Numbered from the stretch's first letter, positions 40,735 through 50,162 are shown. The stretch: 64,000 bases of DNA from Christensenellaceae bacterium (GCA_045654165.1 JAZOMV010000012.1:213-64212), one strand, 5' to 3'. Translations and numbers: made by a program. The notes: generated by a model not told the origin, from the sequence alone.

Positions 40735-41979
40735 CTATTTTCTTTTAAGAATTAACACTAAGTTATATATTATAGATACGGTTACTATCAATGCGCAACC
40801 TGCAAGCAACACGTAGAATACGGAAAGCCAATTCCCCGTTGCAACCTTAATTGCACCTAAACCGTAATCGCTGAGCGTACTGCCTAAATAACAGAACCCG
40901 TTAAGCACGCCTGCGATCATACCCGAATTAACTTTGCCTTTCATATATAACGGGAATATACTAGTTATTATATTGTTAGAGCCGGATGCTATGAGCGAAG
41001 TTACCATCAACATAACGAAAGTTAAAACGACGAGATCGGTTGATAATAATAAAGTAATACCTAAAACCATTGACCCACCTAAAAGGAAGAATATTCCTTC
41101 AAGCAGTATAAAGTTTTTAATCTTGCCTGCAATCCACACCGTTATAAAGTTAGCCACCACGCCCATTAACGGAAGTGCAAGCGTCATAAGTATAGAAACC
41201 GAATCGGGCAAACTATAACTGTCTTTTAAGATTTTAGGAACCCAACCCGTAAGCCCATCCTTAACCAAGTTAGTAACTATTGCAAACAACGCAAGACAAC
41301 AAATTATAACCATTAACCCGACGGGGATTGCGCTTTTTTTAGAAGTTTGTACGCTTTGCGATAAAGGTAAATCTTCTTGCTCGTCTTGTGGCACGTCGGT
41401 AAACTTGTTATAGAAAGTAAACCATAAAATAGCAACGGTAGGACCGACGATTGCAGGAACTAAAAAGGAAAAGGTATAAGAAAGATTAAGTTCTGCAAAC
41501 AACGCCGAAAGCCCGTAAATAAGGAAAGTACCCGTAGCAACCGTAGTGCCCATAACCTTACTAACTGACGGCATGTGTTTTTTAGGTAGCGTTTCGCTTA
41601 AAAGTCTAATAAGCGTTGGCCAAAGTGCCGAAAGAACTATGCCGTTTATCATCCATAAAAACTTGATTGCGCCGAACGCTGTTTTTGGCAATAACGCTAC
41701 GGTAAGGTTTACGGCAGACGAAACGATAAGACTTAAAAATACCATATATTTAATATTGTATTCTTTGCAAAGTATTCCGTTTATTACCATGAATACACCG
41801 TAAGCAAAGAAGAAGAAAGTGCCGACCAACCCAACTTGCGCTTCGTTTACGCCAAAGTGTTTGATTACTGCAAGTTTGCTTGCCGAAAAATTCACTTTGC
41901 CTAGATAAGACGAACTATAAACGAGCCAACACATAAACAATATAAAGCCTATGCCTACCCCTTTTTTTTCTTTGGTCAT
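40735..41979 (-). CDS. MFS transporter
   Basis: I prefer the start at MTKEKKGVGIG (GGAGGTG SD). 12 predicted TM helices with a central hydrophilic loop. Confidence 0.75.
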   Translation of the reverse strand: MTKEKKGVGIGFILFMCWLVYSSSYLGKVNFSASKLAVIKHFGVNEAQVGLVGTFFFFAYGVFMVINGILCKEYNIKYMVFLSLIVSSAVNLTVALLPKTAFGAIKFLWMINGIVLSALWPTLIRLLSETLPKKHMPSVSKVMGTTVATGTFLIYGLSALFAELNLSYTFSFLVPAIVGPTVAILWFTFYNKFTDVPQDEQEDLPLSQSVQTSKKSAIPVGLMVIICCLALFAIVTNLVKDGLTGWVPKILKDSYSLPDSVSILMTLALPLMGVVANFITVWIAGKIKNFILLEGIFFLLGGSMVLGITLLLSTDLVVLTFVMLMVTSLIASGSNNIITSIFPLYMKGKVNSGMIAGVLNGFCYLGSTLSDYGLGAIKVATGNWLSVFYVLLAGCALIVTVSIIYNLVLILKRK

Positions 41980-42050
41980 AACACACCTCCAACCCAACTT
42001 TCTTTATTTTAAGACTTATAAATCTAAAAGTCAATTAAAAAAGACATAAA

Positions 42051-42077
42051 AAAAGCAACTGTTTAACAGTTGCTTTT
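42051..42077. terminator. bidirectional intrinsic terminator
   Basis: aaaagcaactg-ttta-acagttgctttt. Confidence 0.75.
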
Positions 42078-42082
42078 ATTTC

Positions 42083-43291
42083 TTAGTTTATCTTAGAACC
42101 AAAGAAGATATTTGCCAAACTTTCGGTAAACGCAGATGCGTTAACTACCGTGTAAGTTAAGTCTTCATCTTCTTCACCGAGATAACCAAACGCTTGTGAA
42201 CCGATACTTGCGAAACAAGCAAGGTCAATTTGATTATCCGTAGCGCCAACCTTAACGAGTGATATGCAATCAGAGAAAACGTAGTTGCCAAGAGCAACGC
42301 CTGTAGCCGTTGCTGGATCTACAACAGTCAACTTATCGCAACCGTAGAACGCTTCAGTACCAACAGTTTTAAGACCTGCACCGAAAGTAACTGTTTCTAC
42401 CTTAGCGTTCTTGAACGCCTTATCGCCGATCTTTTCAACACTACTAGATAAAGCCACGTTTTTAACTGCTGAATTTTCAAAAGCACTTTCGCCGATTTCC
42501 ACAAGACCAGCACCAAAGGTTACAGTCTTTAATCTTGCGTTGCCACTAAACGCACCTTTATAAATCTTGGTTACCGTATCGGGAATAACAAAACTTTCAA
42601 GTTGAACTACGTTTGCGAAAGCGTATTCGCCGATAGCAACGAGATTGCAATCAAAACTAATATCGATAAGTTTAGATACGCCGTTCATTGCGTACATAGG
42701 TACTGAATATTCAGCGTAATCGTTAACGATACTAATTTTGTTGAATTTCAAGGGAACGTATACGGTAGAAGAATTACCTTCTGCACTACCGTGTTTAACG
42801 GTAATAGCCGTGCTACCCGTGAAAGAATCGCTACCGAAGAAATGTGCTAAAGTTCTTTCCGAACCAACTGACAAATCTTCTGCCGTTTCGGGTGAAAATT
42901 CCACCAAACCATTTGCAGTTTTGCCGATAAACGGAACTACTAATTCTTCAAGATTAGTAATGCCTGCAAATGCGCCTACTTGAATTTCGGTTACCGTATC
43001 GGGAACGATAATCTTTTTAAGAGTGTTATTTCCCTTAAAGATATTAGAACGAATAACGAGTTTTTCACCCGTTGCAAGTTCGTCTTCAATATCGCCAAGA
43101 GCAGTAGCGATATTAAGTTCTTCAGTTTCGCCATCGTCAACGTACTTGTAAACTAAATATCCGTCTGAAACCTTTTTGTAGTACAAACCGGGATCATCTT
43201 TGTCGTTGTTAGTGTTTGCGCAAGCAAAACAAGTAAGCGCAGTAACTACGGCAAGCAATGCCACCGTCATAATCTTAATAAACTTGTTCAT
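42083..43291 (-). CDS. BspA-type leucine-rich-repeat lipoprotein
   Basis: Lipobox LTCFAC. Repeated I/VP..V..IG..AF..C..L units. Confidence 0.6.
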   Translation of the reverse strand: MNKFIKIMTVALLAVVTALTCFACANTNNDKDDPGLYYKKVSDGYLVYKYVDDGETEELNIATALGDIEDELATGEKLVIRSNIFKGNNTLKKIIVPDTVTEIQVGAFAGITNLEELVVPFIGKTANGLVEFSPETAEDLSVGSERTLAHFFGSDSFTGSTAITVKHGSAEGNSSTVYVPLKFNKISIVNDYAEYSVPMYAMNGVSKLIDISFDCNLVAIGEYAFANVVQLESFVIPDTVTKIYKGAFSGNARLKTVTFGAGLVEIGESAFENSAVKNVALSSSVEKIGDKAFKNAKVETVTFGAGLKTVGTEAFYGCDKLTVVDPATATGVALGNYVFSDCISLVKVGATDNQIDLACFASIGSQAFGYLGEEDEDLTYTVVNASAFTESLANIFFGSKIN

Positions 43292-43437
43292 AAGAACTCC
43301 TTAATATAGTGATAATTATACTTATTTAGTTTAACACTTTACTTGCGTTTTGTCAATAAATAATATTTATTTTAATATTATTTTTACTCTTTTTTATTCT
43401 TAAACGGCTTATTCTTATAAAAATCGACTTTATAACT

Positions 43438-44892
43438 TTAAATTACTGCGTTACCATTAAAGAAACTTTCAAAATAGCCGTTACTACCTGCCCCCGTCTT
43501 TTCAAAAGAACCAACTAAATCGTCGGGTGTGGCGTTTTTGAAAGAATAGGTTTTATAATACCTTTTAAGCGATTTAAAAAATCTTTCTTCCCCAACGGTT
43601 TTTCTTAACGTATCGTACATAATGCAAGGTTTTACGTAGGCAATATTGACGTATTCGTATTCGCTTTTATATTCGTTTAACGAACGGAGCATGCTCGTAT
43701 CGGTATTACCGAAAAGTTTTTCCGAAACAGTGCAATACACTTTATAAGTACGCTCTGCCGTCTTTACCATTTCTTCTCGTTTCATACCGTACTCAGGGTG
43801 GTTTTCGTAAAACAACACTACCGAATATTCGGCAAGCCCCTCGTCTAAAAAACCGTATTTAATTTCGTTATTGCCCACAGTCGTTTGCCACCATTGATGG
43901 GCTGTTTCATGAACTATAACTTCGCCGTACGCTTGTGGCTCTAACTCGTCGCTAATCATAACTAGCGAAGGATATTCCATGCCACCTTGAACAAATTCTG
44001 TTTGCACGACAGAATAGGTATGATAAGGATAATCGCCAAAGGTTTCTTCAAAGTATTTAAGGCTTTGCTCGGCGTATTTAACCGACTGCTCAGGCGTTTG
44101 ATCGTTATAATAGTAATAATCTATTTTTACCCCGTCGTACTTAGCCGTTGCGACGCTAAATTTATCCGACAGCACGAACGCAAACGAGCGTGCGTTATTA
44201 ATAGAATAGGTTGCACTACGCAAGCCGTTTTCGGTTTTTTCCTTTACGCATTTACCACTAGACGCAACCTTAAACTTTTGGTCGGCTGTAAAATTCACGG
44301 TAAAATCCGAAACGTCGCTAAAAAATGGATCACCCGACGAATAATAAACGCACTCGTAAAACGCCCCGTCTTCTATCCCACAAAGTTGTGGGTAAAAGTT
44401 GCCAATATTAACCGTGTGATCGTTATACCCCGTTCTTGCAACGACGTTAGCAAGCGTTAAAGTAAAATCTATGCAAACGGTAACTCGTTCTTCTGGGAAC
44501 ACTTCGTTTTTAAGTTTTACGCTCAAAATATTTTGATCTTCCCCCGTTATTTGATATTCTAACGGCAAACCACCCTGCTTTACCCCGTCTATCTTCATTT
44601 CCCCGTAAGAAAGCCCGTGTGGGTAGGCTTTTGAAGTGTATTGTGCCGATATGGGCGAATATTTTGCACCTTTCCTAAATGCGTTTGCAAACAAATTGAA
44701 CTTTAATTCCATAAAAGAATTATCCGAAAAATTATAAAAATCCACCTTTTCCGTACCCGTCAAAACCCCGTCCGAATAAGTACAGGTTATTTGATAGCGA
44801 GTGCGTTCGGCATTGCGTTTTGAACACCCCGTATTTAGTGGAATTATTAATAAAAGTAGTGTTACAGCAAGAATAAAACCCGTTTTTCTCAT
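43438..44892 (-). CDS. M1-family (gluzincin) metallopeptidase lipoprotein
   Basis: Lipobox LNTGCS. HETAHQWW followed by EGLAEY (HEXXH-18-E). Confidence 0.8.
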   Translation of the reverse strand: MRKTGFILAVTLLLLIIPLNTGCSKRNAERTRYQITCTYSDGVLTGTEKVDFYNFSDNSFMELKFNLFANAFRKGAKYSPISAQYTSKAYPHGLSYGEMKIDGVKQGGLPLEYQITGEDQNILSVKLKNEVFPEERVTVCIDFTLTLANVVARTGYNDHTVNIGNFYPQLCGIEDGAFYECVYYSSGDPFFSDVSDFTVNFTADQKFKVASSGKCVKEKTENGLRSATYSINNARSFAFVLSDKFSVATAKYDGVKIDYYYYNDQTPEQSVKYAEQSLKYFEETFGDYPYHTYSVVQTEFVQGGMEYPSLVMISDELEPQAYGEVIVHETAHQWWQTTVGNNEIKYGFLDEGLAEYSVVLFYENHPEYGMKREEMVKTAERTYKVYCTVSEKLFGNTDTSMLRSLNEYKSEYEYVNIAYVKPCIMYDTLRKTVGEERFFKSLKRYYKTYSFKNATPDDLVGSFEKTGAGSNGYFESFFNGNAVI

Positions 44893-44952
44893 AAAAAACC
44901 CCGAATAAAATTTTTATTTAAATTCTATTCGGAGCGTTTTATAAATATTCTG

Positions 44953-45624
44953 TTATTTATTAGTAAAGGTAAGATAAACTTCGGGATCTATATAATTTCC
45001 GTTTTCTATAACTTCAAAATGAAGATGTGCGCCAGATTTATATTCGGTACGGTTAGTGGTGGAAACTTCGCCTATAATATCCCCTTTCTTAACCGTTTGT
45101 CCTACGCTAACAGTATCGGGATCGGCTAAGGAATTATAAACTGTCACCAACCCGTCGCCGTGATCAATTCTAACGGTTACACCCTCTAGAAGCGTTTTTT
45201 CAACTGCCGTTATCACACCGTCGTAAACTGCGTAAACAGGCGTGCCTTCCGGCGCAAAAATGTCTACTGCAAGATGCGCCGTGTAATGATTAAGTGTGCT
45301 ATTAAACACCATCGTATCGCTAAAATAAACTACGTTAGTCGGGTTTTCTATAGGCATAATAAACTCTATCGGCTCTACCACAGGTTGTTCAGGCGTATCG
45401 GGTTCACTTGGAACCTCAGGTTCTACAACCGGATCGTCTGGGGTGTCGGGTTCACTTGGAATATCGGGTTTTTCAACGGGTGCTAATTGAGATGCCGTTT
45501 TGTTGCCCGTTTTGTTTACTAAACTGAGCGTTGTAGCAAGACCTATCGCAAGAATACAAAGGGCGATTACCAAATAGAAAGCGTTATTTTTTAAGAATGT
45601 TAATGTTTTACTCTGTTTTTTCAT
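44953..45624 (-). CDS. M23 (LytM) family peptidase, membrane-anchored
   Basis: I prefer the start at MKKQSKTLTF (GGAGAA SD). One TM, a P/E-rich repeat (PEVPSEPDTPE), then HLAVDI...HLHFEV. Confidence 0.8.
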   Translation of the reverse strand: MKKQSKTLTFLKNNAFYLVIALCILAIGLATTLSLVNKTGNKTASQLAPVEKPDIPSEPDTPDDPVVEPEVPSEPDTPEQPVVEPIEFIMPIENPTNVVYFSDTMVFNSTLNHYTAHLAVDIFAPEGTPVYAVYDGVITAVEKTLLEGVTVRIDHGDGLVTVYNSLADPDTVSVGQTVKKGDIIGEVSTTNRTEYKSGAHLHFEVIENGNYIDPEVYLTFTNK

Positions 45625-45688
45625 TGTCGTTCTCCTTTTAATTATGTATCGATTATTCCCGTGTTTTTTATTTTTATACCTAAACTTT

Positions 45689-46114
45689 TTAAAACCCACC
45701 GTAAATTATCGGCGAACCAACGGTTACTTCTTTTTCGGCTATGAAAATATGCAAGTTTACCGTGCGCCCTTTAACTCTTTCTTTATACCGTATATTTGGC
45801 GAATATGCGTAATACCCCACGCCTTGTCCGGTCCTTTCCACAAGGACTACGCTTGCGTTAAATTCTTTTATAAAGTTATTAAAATCAAACTCTGCCACGT
45901 CAACCTTAAAACTTTCGCCATGAATATTATTTATAAACAAACTCTCTAAAGCAGTTACTCTCACAAGTTTTGCGCTTGAAGAATTGCCTAAACTTATTTC
46001 TAAACTATCCGTATACTTAAAAAATACGGGCGTTACGCTAAACCATAAGCCTATAACTAGCAATATTACCGATAGAGCAACTATAATTTTTCGCAAAACA
46101 AATACCCCCTGCAT
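45689..46114 (-). CDS. hypothetical membrane-anchored protein, possibly YwmB-like
   Basis: N-terminal TM. The C-terminal ...VNLHIFIAEKEVTVGSPIIYGGF resembles the end of YwmB-family proteins. Assignment from memory only. Confidence 0.3.
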   Translation of the reverse strand: MQGVFVLRKIIVALSVILLVIGLWFSVTPVFFKYTDSLEISLGNSSSAKLVRVTALESLFINNIHGESFKVDVAEFDFNNFIKEFNASVVLVERTGQGVGYYAYSPNIRYKERVKGRTVNLHIFIAEKEVTVGSPIIYGGF

Positions 46115-46142
46115 ATCGCAGAGAGTATTGACCGTTTTTTAT

Positions 46143-46742
46143 TTATATATACCGTTTTAGAAAAATTTTTAGTAATTCTAAATAACTTTCCCCCTTGCTT
46201 TTTGCGTAAAGTTTAAGTCTTTCTAAATCATTTATAAGATTTTTTTCTTCTATTTCTAAGGGAAAAAGCTTTTCCGTTTTAATTGTTATATCGTCGGGCG
46301 TTAAATTTTCGTTTAACCAAACGTGGCGTTCAGCCGTAACCTTAAAAAGTGTTGGCTCTCCGTCTACCACTATCCTTAAAGTGTCGGATAAAAATTTTTT
46401 CATTTTTAAACTGTTAATTATTACGCACGGAATATTTTTGACCGTTGCAAAATACTCGCCTAAAACACACAAATTAGATTGACAAATTATAAGCCTTATA
46501 TCTTCTGGCAAATAGAACAGTTCGGATATTGCCTTAAAGTTTGTTTGGCTTGCAACTATCGTTATAGGTTTTAGCCCTTTACTTTTTAATAATTCTAAAA
46601 ATATTTTGCCCGTGCTTATAAACCATTTTTCATCAGTTATCACGCCCACTTTAGAAAAAGGGGCAAGCAAACGGCATCTTTCCACAACCGTTTCTACCCC
46701 CTTCCCTTGAAAAAATTGCAAGCCATTATTCATTAAAACCAC
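46143..46742 (-). CDS. hypothetical protein (199 aa)
   Basis: ORF only. The N-half has an alternating beta-alpha pattern faintly like the N-domain of DHQS/Fe-ADH-fold enzymes, but without the glycine motif. Confidence 0.4.
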   Translation of the reverse strand: MVLMNNGLQFFQGKGVETVVERCRLLAPFSKVGVITDEKWFISTGKIFLELLKSKGLKPITIVASQTNFKAISELFYLPEDIRLIICQSNLCVLGEYFATVKNIPCVIINSLKMKKFLSDTLRIVVDGEPTLFKVTAERHVWLNENLTPDDITIKTEKLFPLEIEEKNLINDLERLKLYAKSKGESYLELLKIFLKRYI

Positions 46743-46844
46743 CCCGATTAACGTCTTTTAATCTAATTTAACCTATTAAAAGGTGCGTTTTTTACTATTT
46801 TAACGGGTTTTTTGATGTTTTTTGCAAAAATTTCACAAAAACTA

Positions 46845-46872
46845 TTGAAAAAACTTTTATTTGTGGTATAAT
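46845..46872 (+). promoter_or_regulatory. extended -10 promoter of hup
   Basis: TTGAAA (46845-46850), 16 nt, TGgTATAAT (-10 at 46867-46872). Confidence 0.6.
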
Positions 46873-46901
46873 TATATTATATGAATTTGGAGGAAAAAAC
46901 A

Positions 46902-47177
46902 ATGAACAAAAACGAATTAATAAGAGCCATTGCAAACAAGGCTCGTGTAACTCTTAAGGATGCTGATATCGCTCTTGAATCAGTTCTCGGCGCTATTACT
47001 GATGCACTTATGGCAGGGGAAAAAGTTCAAATTTCCGGTTTCGGTATTTTTGAAGTTAAAGAAAAAGAGGCTAGAGAAGGTCTTAACCCCAAAACAGGCG
47101 AAAAAATCCAAATCGGCGCAAGCAAACTTCCCGTATTTAAGTTTGGTAAGGCTTATAAAGATTCTTTCAACAAATAA
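46902..47177 (+). CDS. hup: HU family DNA-binding protein
   Basis: MNKNELIRAIA...GFGIFEVKEKEAREGLNPKTGEKI. GGAGGA SD. I prefer this start over the upstream ATG at 46881. Confidence 0.9.
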   Translation: MNKNELIRAIANKARVTLKDADIALESVLGAITDALMAGEKVQISGFGIFEVKEKEAREGLNPKTGEKIQIGASKLPVFKFGKAYKDSFNK

Positions 47178-47179
47178 CA

Positions 47180-47210
47180 AAAAACGCCCGTTCACTAACG
47201 GGCTTTTTTA
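47180..47210 (+). terminator. intrinsic terminator of hup
   Basis: gcccgtt-cact-aacgggc followed by T6. Confidence 0.8.
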
Positions 47211-47247
47211 TTAATTTTTAATATATTTTATAGGAGACTAATCAAAA

Positions 47248-47740
47248 ATGAGCAACGTAAATATAGTTTTTCTTAATAATAAGGCTATGCGTGAACTCGG
47301 CGTTCTTGATATGGAAAAATTATGCACGACGTTGAAAGAGTTTACGTTCTAAACCGTGCAGGCGACGTTATCGCCCCCGGTAAATGCGTTATGAGATGGG
47401 GCAAAACGCCTAAAGACGAAAATGTTTTCGCTGAAAGATTTGCTAAGGCTACTAAGGAAAAATATCCTTTCCTTGAAATTATCCCAACTTTAGATATTGA
47501 AACTGCTACTAAAGAAAGTGATATTATCGACTGCGTTACTTTGGCTAGCGAACCCTTCGTAAAGGGCAAATTGCTTAAAAAAGGTGCGCTCGTTATGAAT
47601 ATAGCTGACTAAGAAGTAGATTACGATTGCATTAGACGTTCTAGCAAAATCGTTTGCGATTATTGGGACAACATCAAACACCGTATGATAAGCACGGTTG
47701 CTTATATGTGGAGAGATGGAAAAAAGGGCGAAGACTTCGC
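47248..47740 (+). pseudogene. decayed ornithine cyclodeaminase / mu-crystallin family gene
   Basis: AGGAGA SD plus ATG at 47248 (MSNVNIVFLNNKAMRELGVLDMEK). A frameshift follows at the A5 run 47315-47319; restoring one A gives ...DMEKIMHDVERVYVLNRAGDVIAPGK.... There is an in-frame TAA at 47610 (NIAD*EVDYD). The central Rossmann part appears to be missing, and the 3' end is cut off at the terminator. Confidence 0.6.
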
Positions 47741-47756
47741 CCTTTTTGTTTTTTTA
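47721..47756. terminator. bidirectional intrinsic terminator
   Basis: gggcgaag-a-cttcgccc flanked by A5 and T-runs. Confidence 0.75.
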
Positions 47757-48719
47757 TTATTCTGTTGCTTGTTCTGTTTTTTCCGTTGGTTCTTTTTGTT
47801 GCTTTTCCTTGTTATCGCCTAAGCCTGAAAGTATTGCTGCTATTAAACCTATAAAGGCACCAAGTACAAGATTTAAATTAAGTACGTCTTTACCAAGAAG
47901 AACTGAAACGACCCCTGTTACAACGGCTGAGAACGGCATTATTATTGCAACTGCAGTTGCTTTAACGTATCTCATTACAATTGTTCTAGCAATCCAACAT
48001 CCCGCAGAGAAAACTGCACCAGAAAGAACGATTAAAAGTATATCGGTAAGTTCCCAAGAAAATCTTATGGCTTCTATTGGCGAACCATCTATCTTAATGA
48101 AATTGAGCGCTATAGCTGTTATAAGCGACATCACAAGGTAAACTAACATTTGAACAAATACGTAAAGTGATGCGTTAGTTTTTTTAGCAAATATCCCTGT
48201 GCCTACAATGTTAAAGCCGTATAAAACACCTGCAAGAGAACATAAAATTTGACCGATACCAAGTGAAAAATCAGACCCTAGCATACCGGTTAAAATAAAT
48301 GAACTTAGCAAACACAATGCACTTGCAATTATTGTGAATATGCTAGGTTTCTTTTTAACTATAATAAACAAAAGTATAGGAACTACAACACAAGAAATAT
48401 TTTCTAAAAATTGATACTGTGTTGGTGTTGCATATTGCAAGCCTATCTTTTGTAAAATTGTTGCCATTGAATAAAAAATACCTGTTGGCACGGCTGTTTT
48501 TAAGTACGTTTTATCTAACTCTTTAAAGTATGGAAGACATACGAATAAAAGAGTTACAACCGAAATCAATGCCGTTGAAAAGGCACAAATCGTTGCCGAG
48601 TTGTCATCATATAGAGAAACGGTTATAATCGGCGATAAACCCCATATAACCATTACCGAAATAAGAACTATATATGCGATTGTTATAACACCCTTTTTAG
48701 TTTTATTTACACCTTTCAT
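47757..48719 (-). CDS. DMT-superfamily (EamA-like) transporter
   Basis: 10 predicted TM helices in two EamA-like halves. AAGGAG SD. Confidence 0.75.
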   Translation of the reverse strand: MKGVNKTKKGVITIAYIVLISVMVIWGLSPIITVSLYDDNSATICAFSTALISVVTLLFVCLPYFKELDKTYLKTAVPTGIFYSMATILQKIGLQYATPTQYQFLENISCVVVPILLFIIVKKKPSIFTIIASALCLLSSFILTGMLGSDFSLGIGQILCSLAGVLYGFNIVGTGIFAKKTNASLYVFVQMLVYLVMSLITAIALNFIKIDGSPIEAIRFSWELTDILLIVLSGAVFSAGCWIARTIVMRYVKATAVAIIMPFSAVVTGVVSVLLGKDVLNLNLVLGAFIGLIAAILSGLGDNKEKQQKEPTEKTEQATE

Positions 48720-48828
48720 AACTGCTCCTTATACAACTACAAGAGTATATCATTTTTTTTTAGTTTTGTGAAGTATTTTTATGATGTTTTTGCTCATTTT
48801 GATAAATTATTCGCACAGTAGTTTATCG

Positions 48829-48862
48829 TAAAATAAAAGCGTTTGATTACAAACGCTTTTGT
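48829..48862 (-). terminator. intrinsic terminator after the opine dehydrogenase gene
   Basis: Minus strand: aaagcgtttg-taat-caaacgcttt followed by TATTTT. Confidence 0.7.
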
Positions 48863-48888
48863 CTTTATCTATTTTTAAATTATGCTTA

Positions 48889-49965
48889 TTAGAGTATCTT
48901 TAATAGTTCTTCCATAGAGTAATTAGCCAAGCCCAACGTGTCAAGCGTACGTGCCTTTTCTGCTTTATAATCTCTACCCATAATAGAAGAAACAATTTGC
49001 AACATTGCTCTTACGTTAGGTAATTCTAAGCCTAATCTATCAGCAAGGTCTACCCATAAAACCAAGCCAAAGCCTGCATCTTCGTTATAATAACGATAAT
49101 CAAGTTGAGTTTGTGCTTTAATTCCTGTAAATCCTGGCGCAGTTGAATAACCCGTATCGTAAGTTTCTTCCGTCATATAACCTTGACGAATACTGATATG
49201 TGGGTCGTTTTCAATATCTAAACCGAGTGCAGCGCCAAGAGTAATTCTTTCATCATCAATCGCTTTAAGCAATCTGCCAACGCCTGCTGTAACACCTTCT
49301 TCGTAGAAGAAGAAGTCGTTAGGTCCTTCTATACGAGCAGCGTTTAAGGTTGTGATACAAGGGTGCAACATTGGGTTTGCATTTTGCAAACAGGTTTGGA
49401 AAATATTTTTTGCCTTTTCAACACATTCAAACACCGGTTTTAACAAATCGTAAACCATATCGTTTTTACTGCTTGGTAACGTTGCTAACAACACGCCACC
49501 ACCTAATCTATTGTAAACGGCAATCTTTCCATCGCCAACGATACGAACAGCATAAGGAAGTGTTGAAGTATCTGCAACGATAATAGAGTTATCTTCAATA
49601 CTTAAGCCAAGCGCATTTTTGAACAAAATTGCGCCCATGCAAGAACTTGGGCAAACAACGAATATTTGACCTGCTTTTGCGTATGGTGCGCACGCCTTAC
49701 CGAAAGGTTCGGTTGCGTATGCAGGGCCTACCGCAAAAATCAATTCAGCGTCTTTCAAACACGTTTCTATATCATGACCAGCGTATTTAATTTGTTGGAA
49801 ACCTTCCATTTGCCCTTCGCTATAAATACCACCAGCTTGATTTATTGCTTTGATTTGCTTATCAAACTGTGGAAAGTCAAACATATAAATATCGTGGCCT
49901 GCTCTTGCCCATTCAAACGCTGTTGCCAAAGCACCGTTACCAGAACCCAAAACTGCTATTTTCAT
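48889..49965 (-). CDS. NAD(P)-dependent octopine/nopaline (opine) dehydrogenase family protein
   Basis: N-terminal Rossmann MKIAVLGSGNGALA. The central and C-terminal helical domain pattern (NANPMLHP...) is typical of the opine dehydrogenase family. Confidence 0.75.
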   Translation of the reverse strand: MKIAVLGSGNGALATAFEWARAGHDIYMFDFPQFDKQIKAINQAGGIYSEGQMEGFQQIKYAGHDIETCLKDAELIFAVGPAYATEPFGKACAPYAKAGQIFVVCPSSCMGAILFKNALGLSIEDNSIIVADTSTLPYAVRIVGDGKIAVYNRLGGGVLLATLPSSKNDMVYDLLKPVFECVEKAKNIFQTCLQNANPMLHPCITTLNAARIEGPNDFFFYEEGVTAGVGRLLKAIDDERITLGAALGLDIENDPHISIRQGYMTEETYDTGYSTAPGFTGIKAQTQLDYRYYNEDAGFGLVLWVDLADRLGLELPNVRAMLQIVSSIMGRDYKAEKARTLDTLGLANYSMEELLKIL

Positions 49966-50026
49966 AATAAAATCCTCATTTTTATTTATTTTTCATCTAT
50001 ATTTACTAAGACGATATTGTATTTAT

Positions 50027-50055
50027 ATTATACAATGAATAAACAAAATTGTAAA
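50027..50055 (-). promoter_or_regulatory. promoter of the opine dehydrogenase gene
   Basis: Minus strand: TTTACA (50055-50050), 17 nt, TATAAT (50032-50027). Confidence 0.5.
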
Positions 50056-50112
50056 GACAATTTAAATGTTTTATCTTAAAAGTTAAACTGTATAACATTT
50101 TTATAATTCAAC

Positions 50113-50144
50113 AAAAAAAAGAGTAGCAAATGCTACTCTTTTTT
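50113..50144. terminator. bidirectional intrinsic terminator after tuf
   Basis: A8-gagtagca-aa-tgctactc-T6. Confidence 0.8.
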
Positions 50145-50162
50145 ATTTTATAGTTTCAAAAC

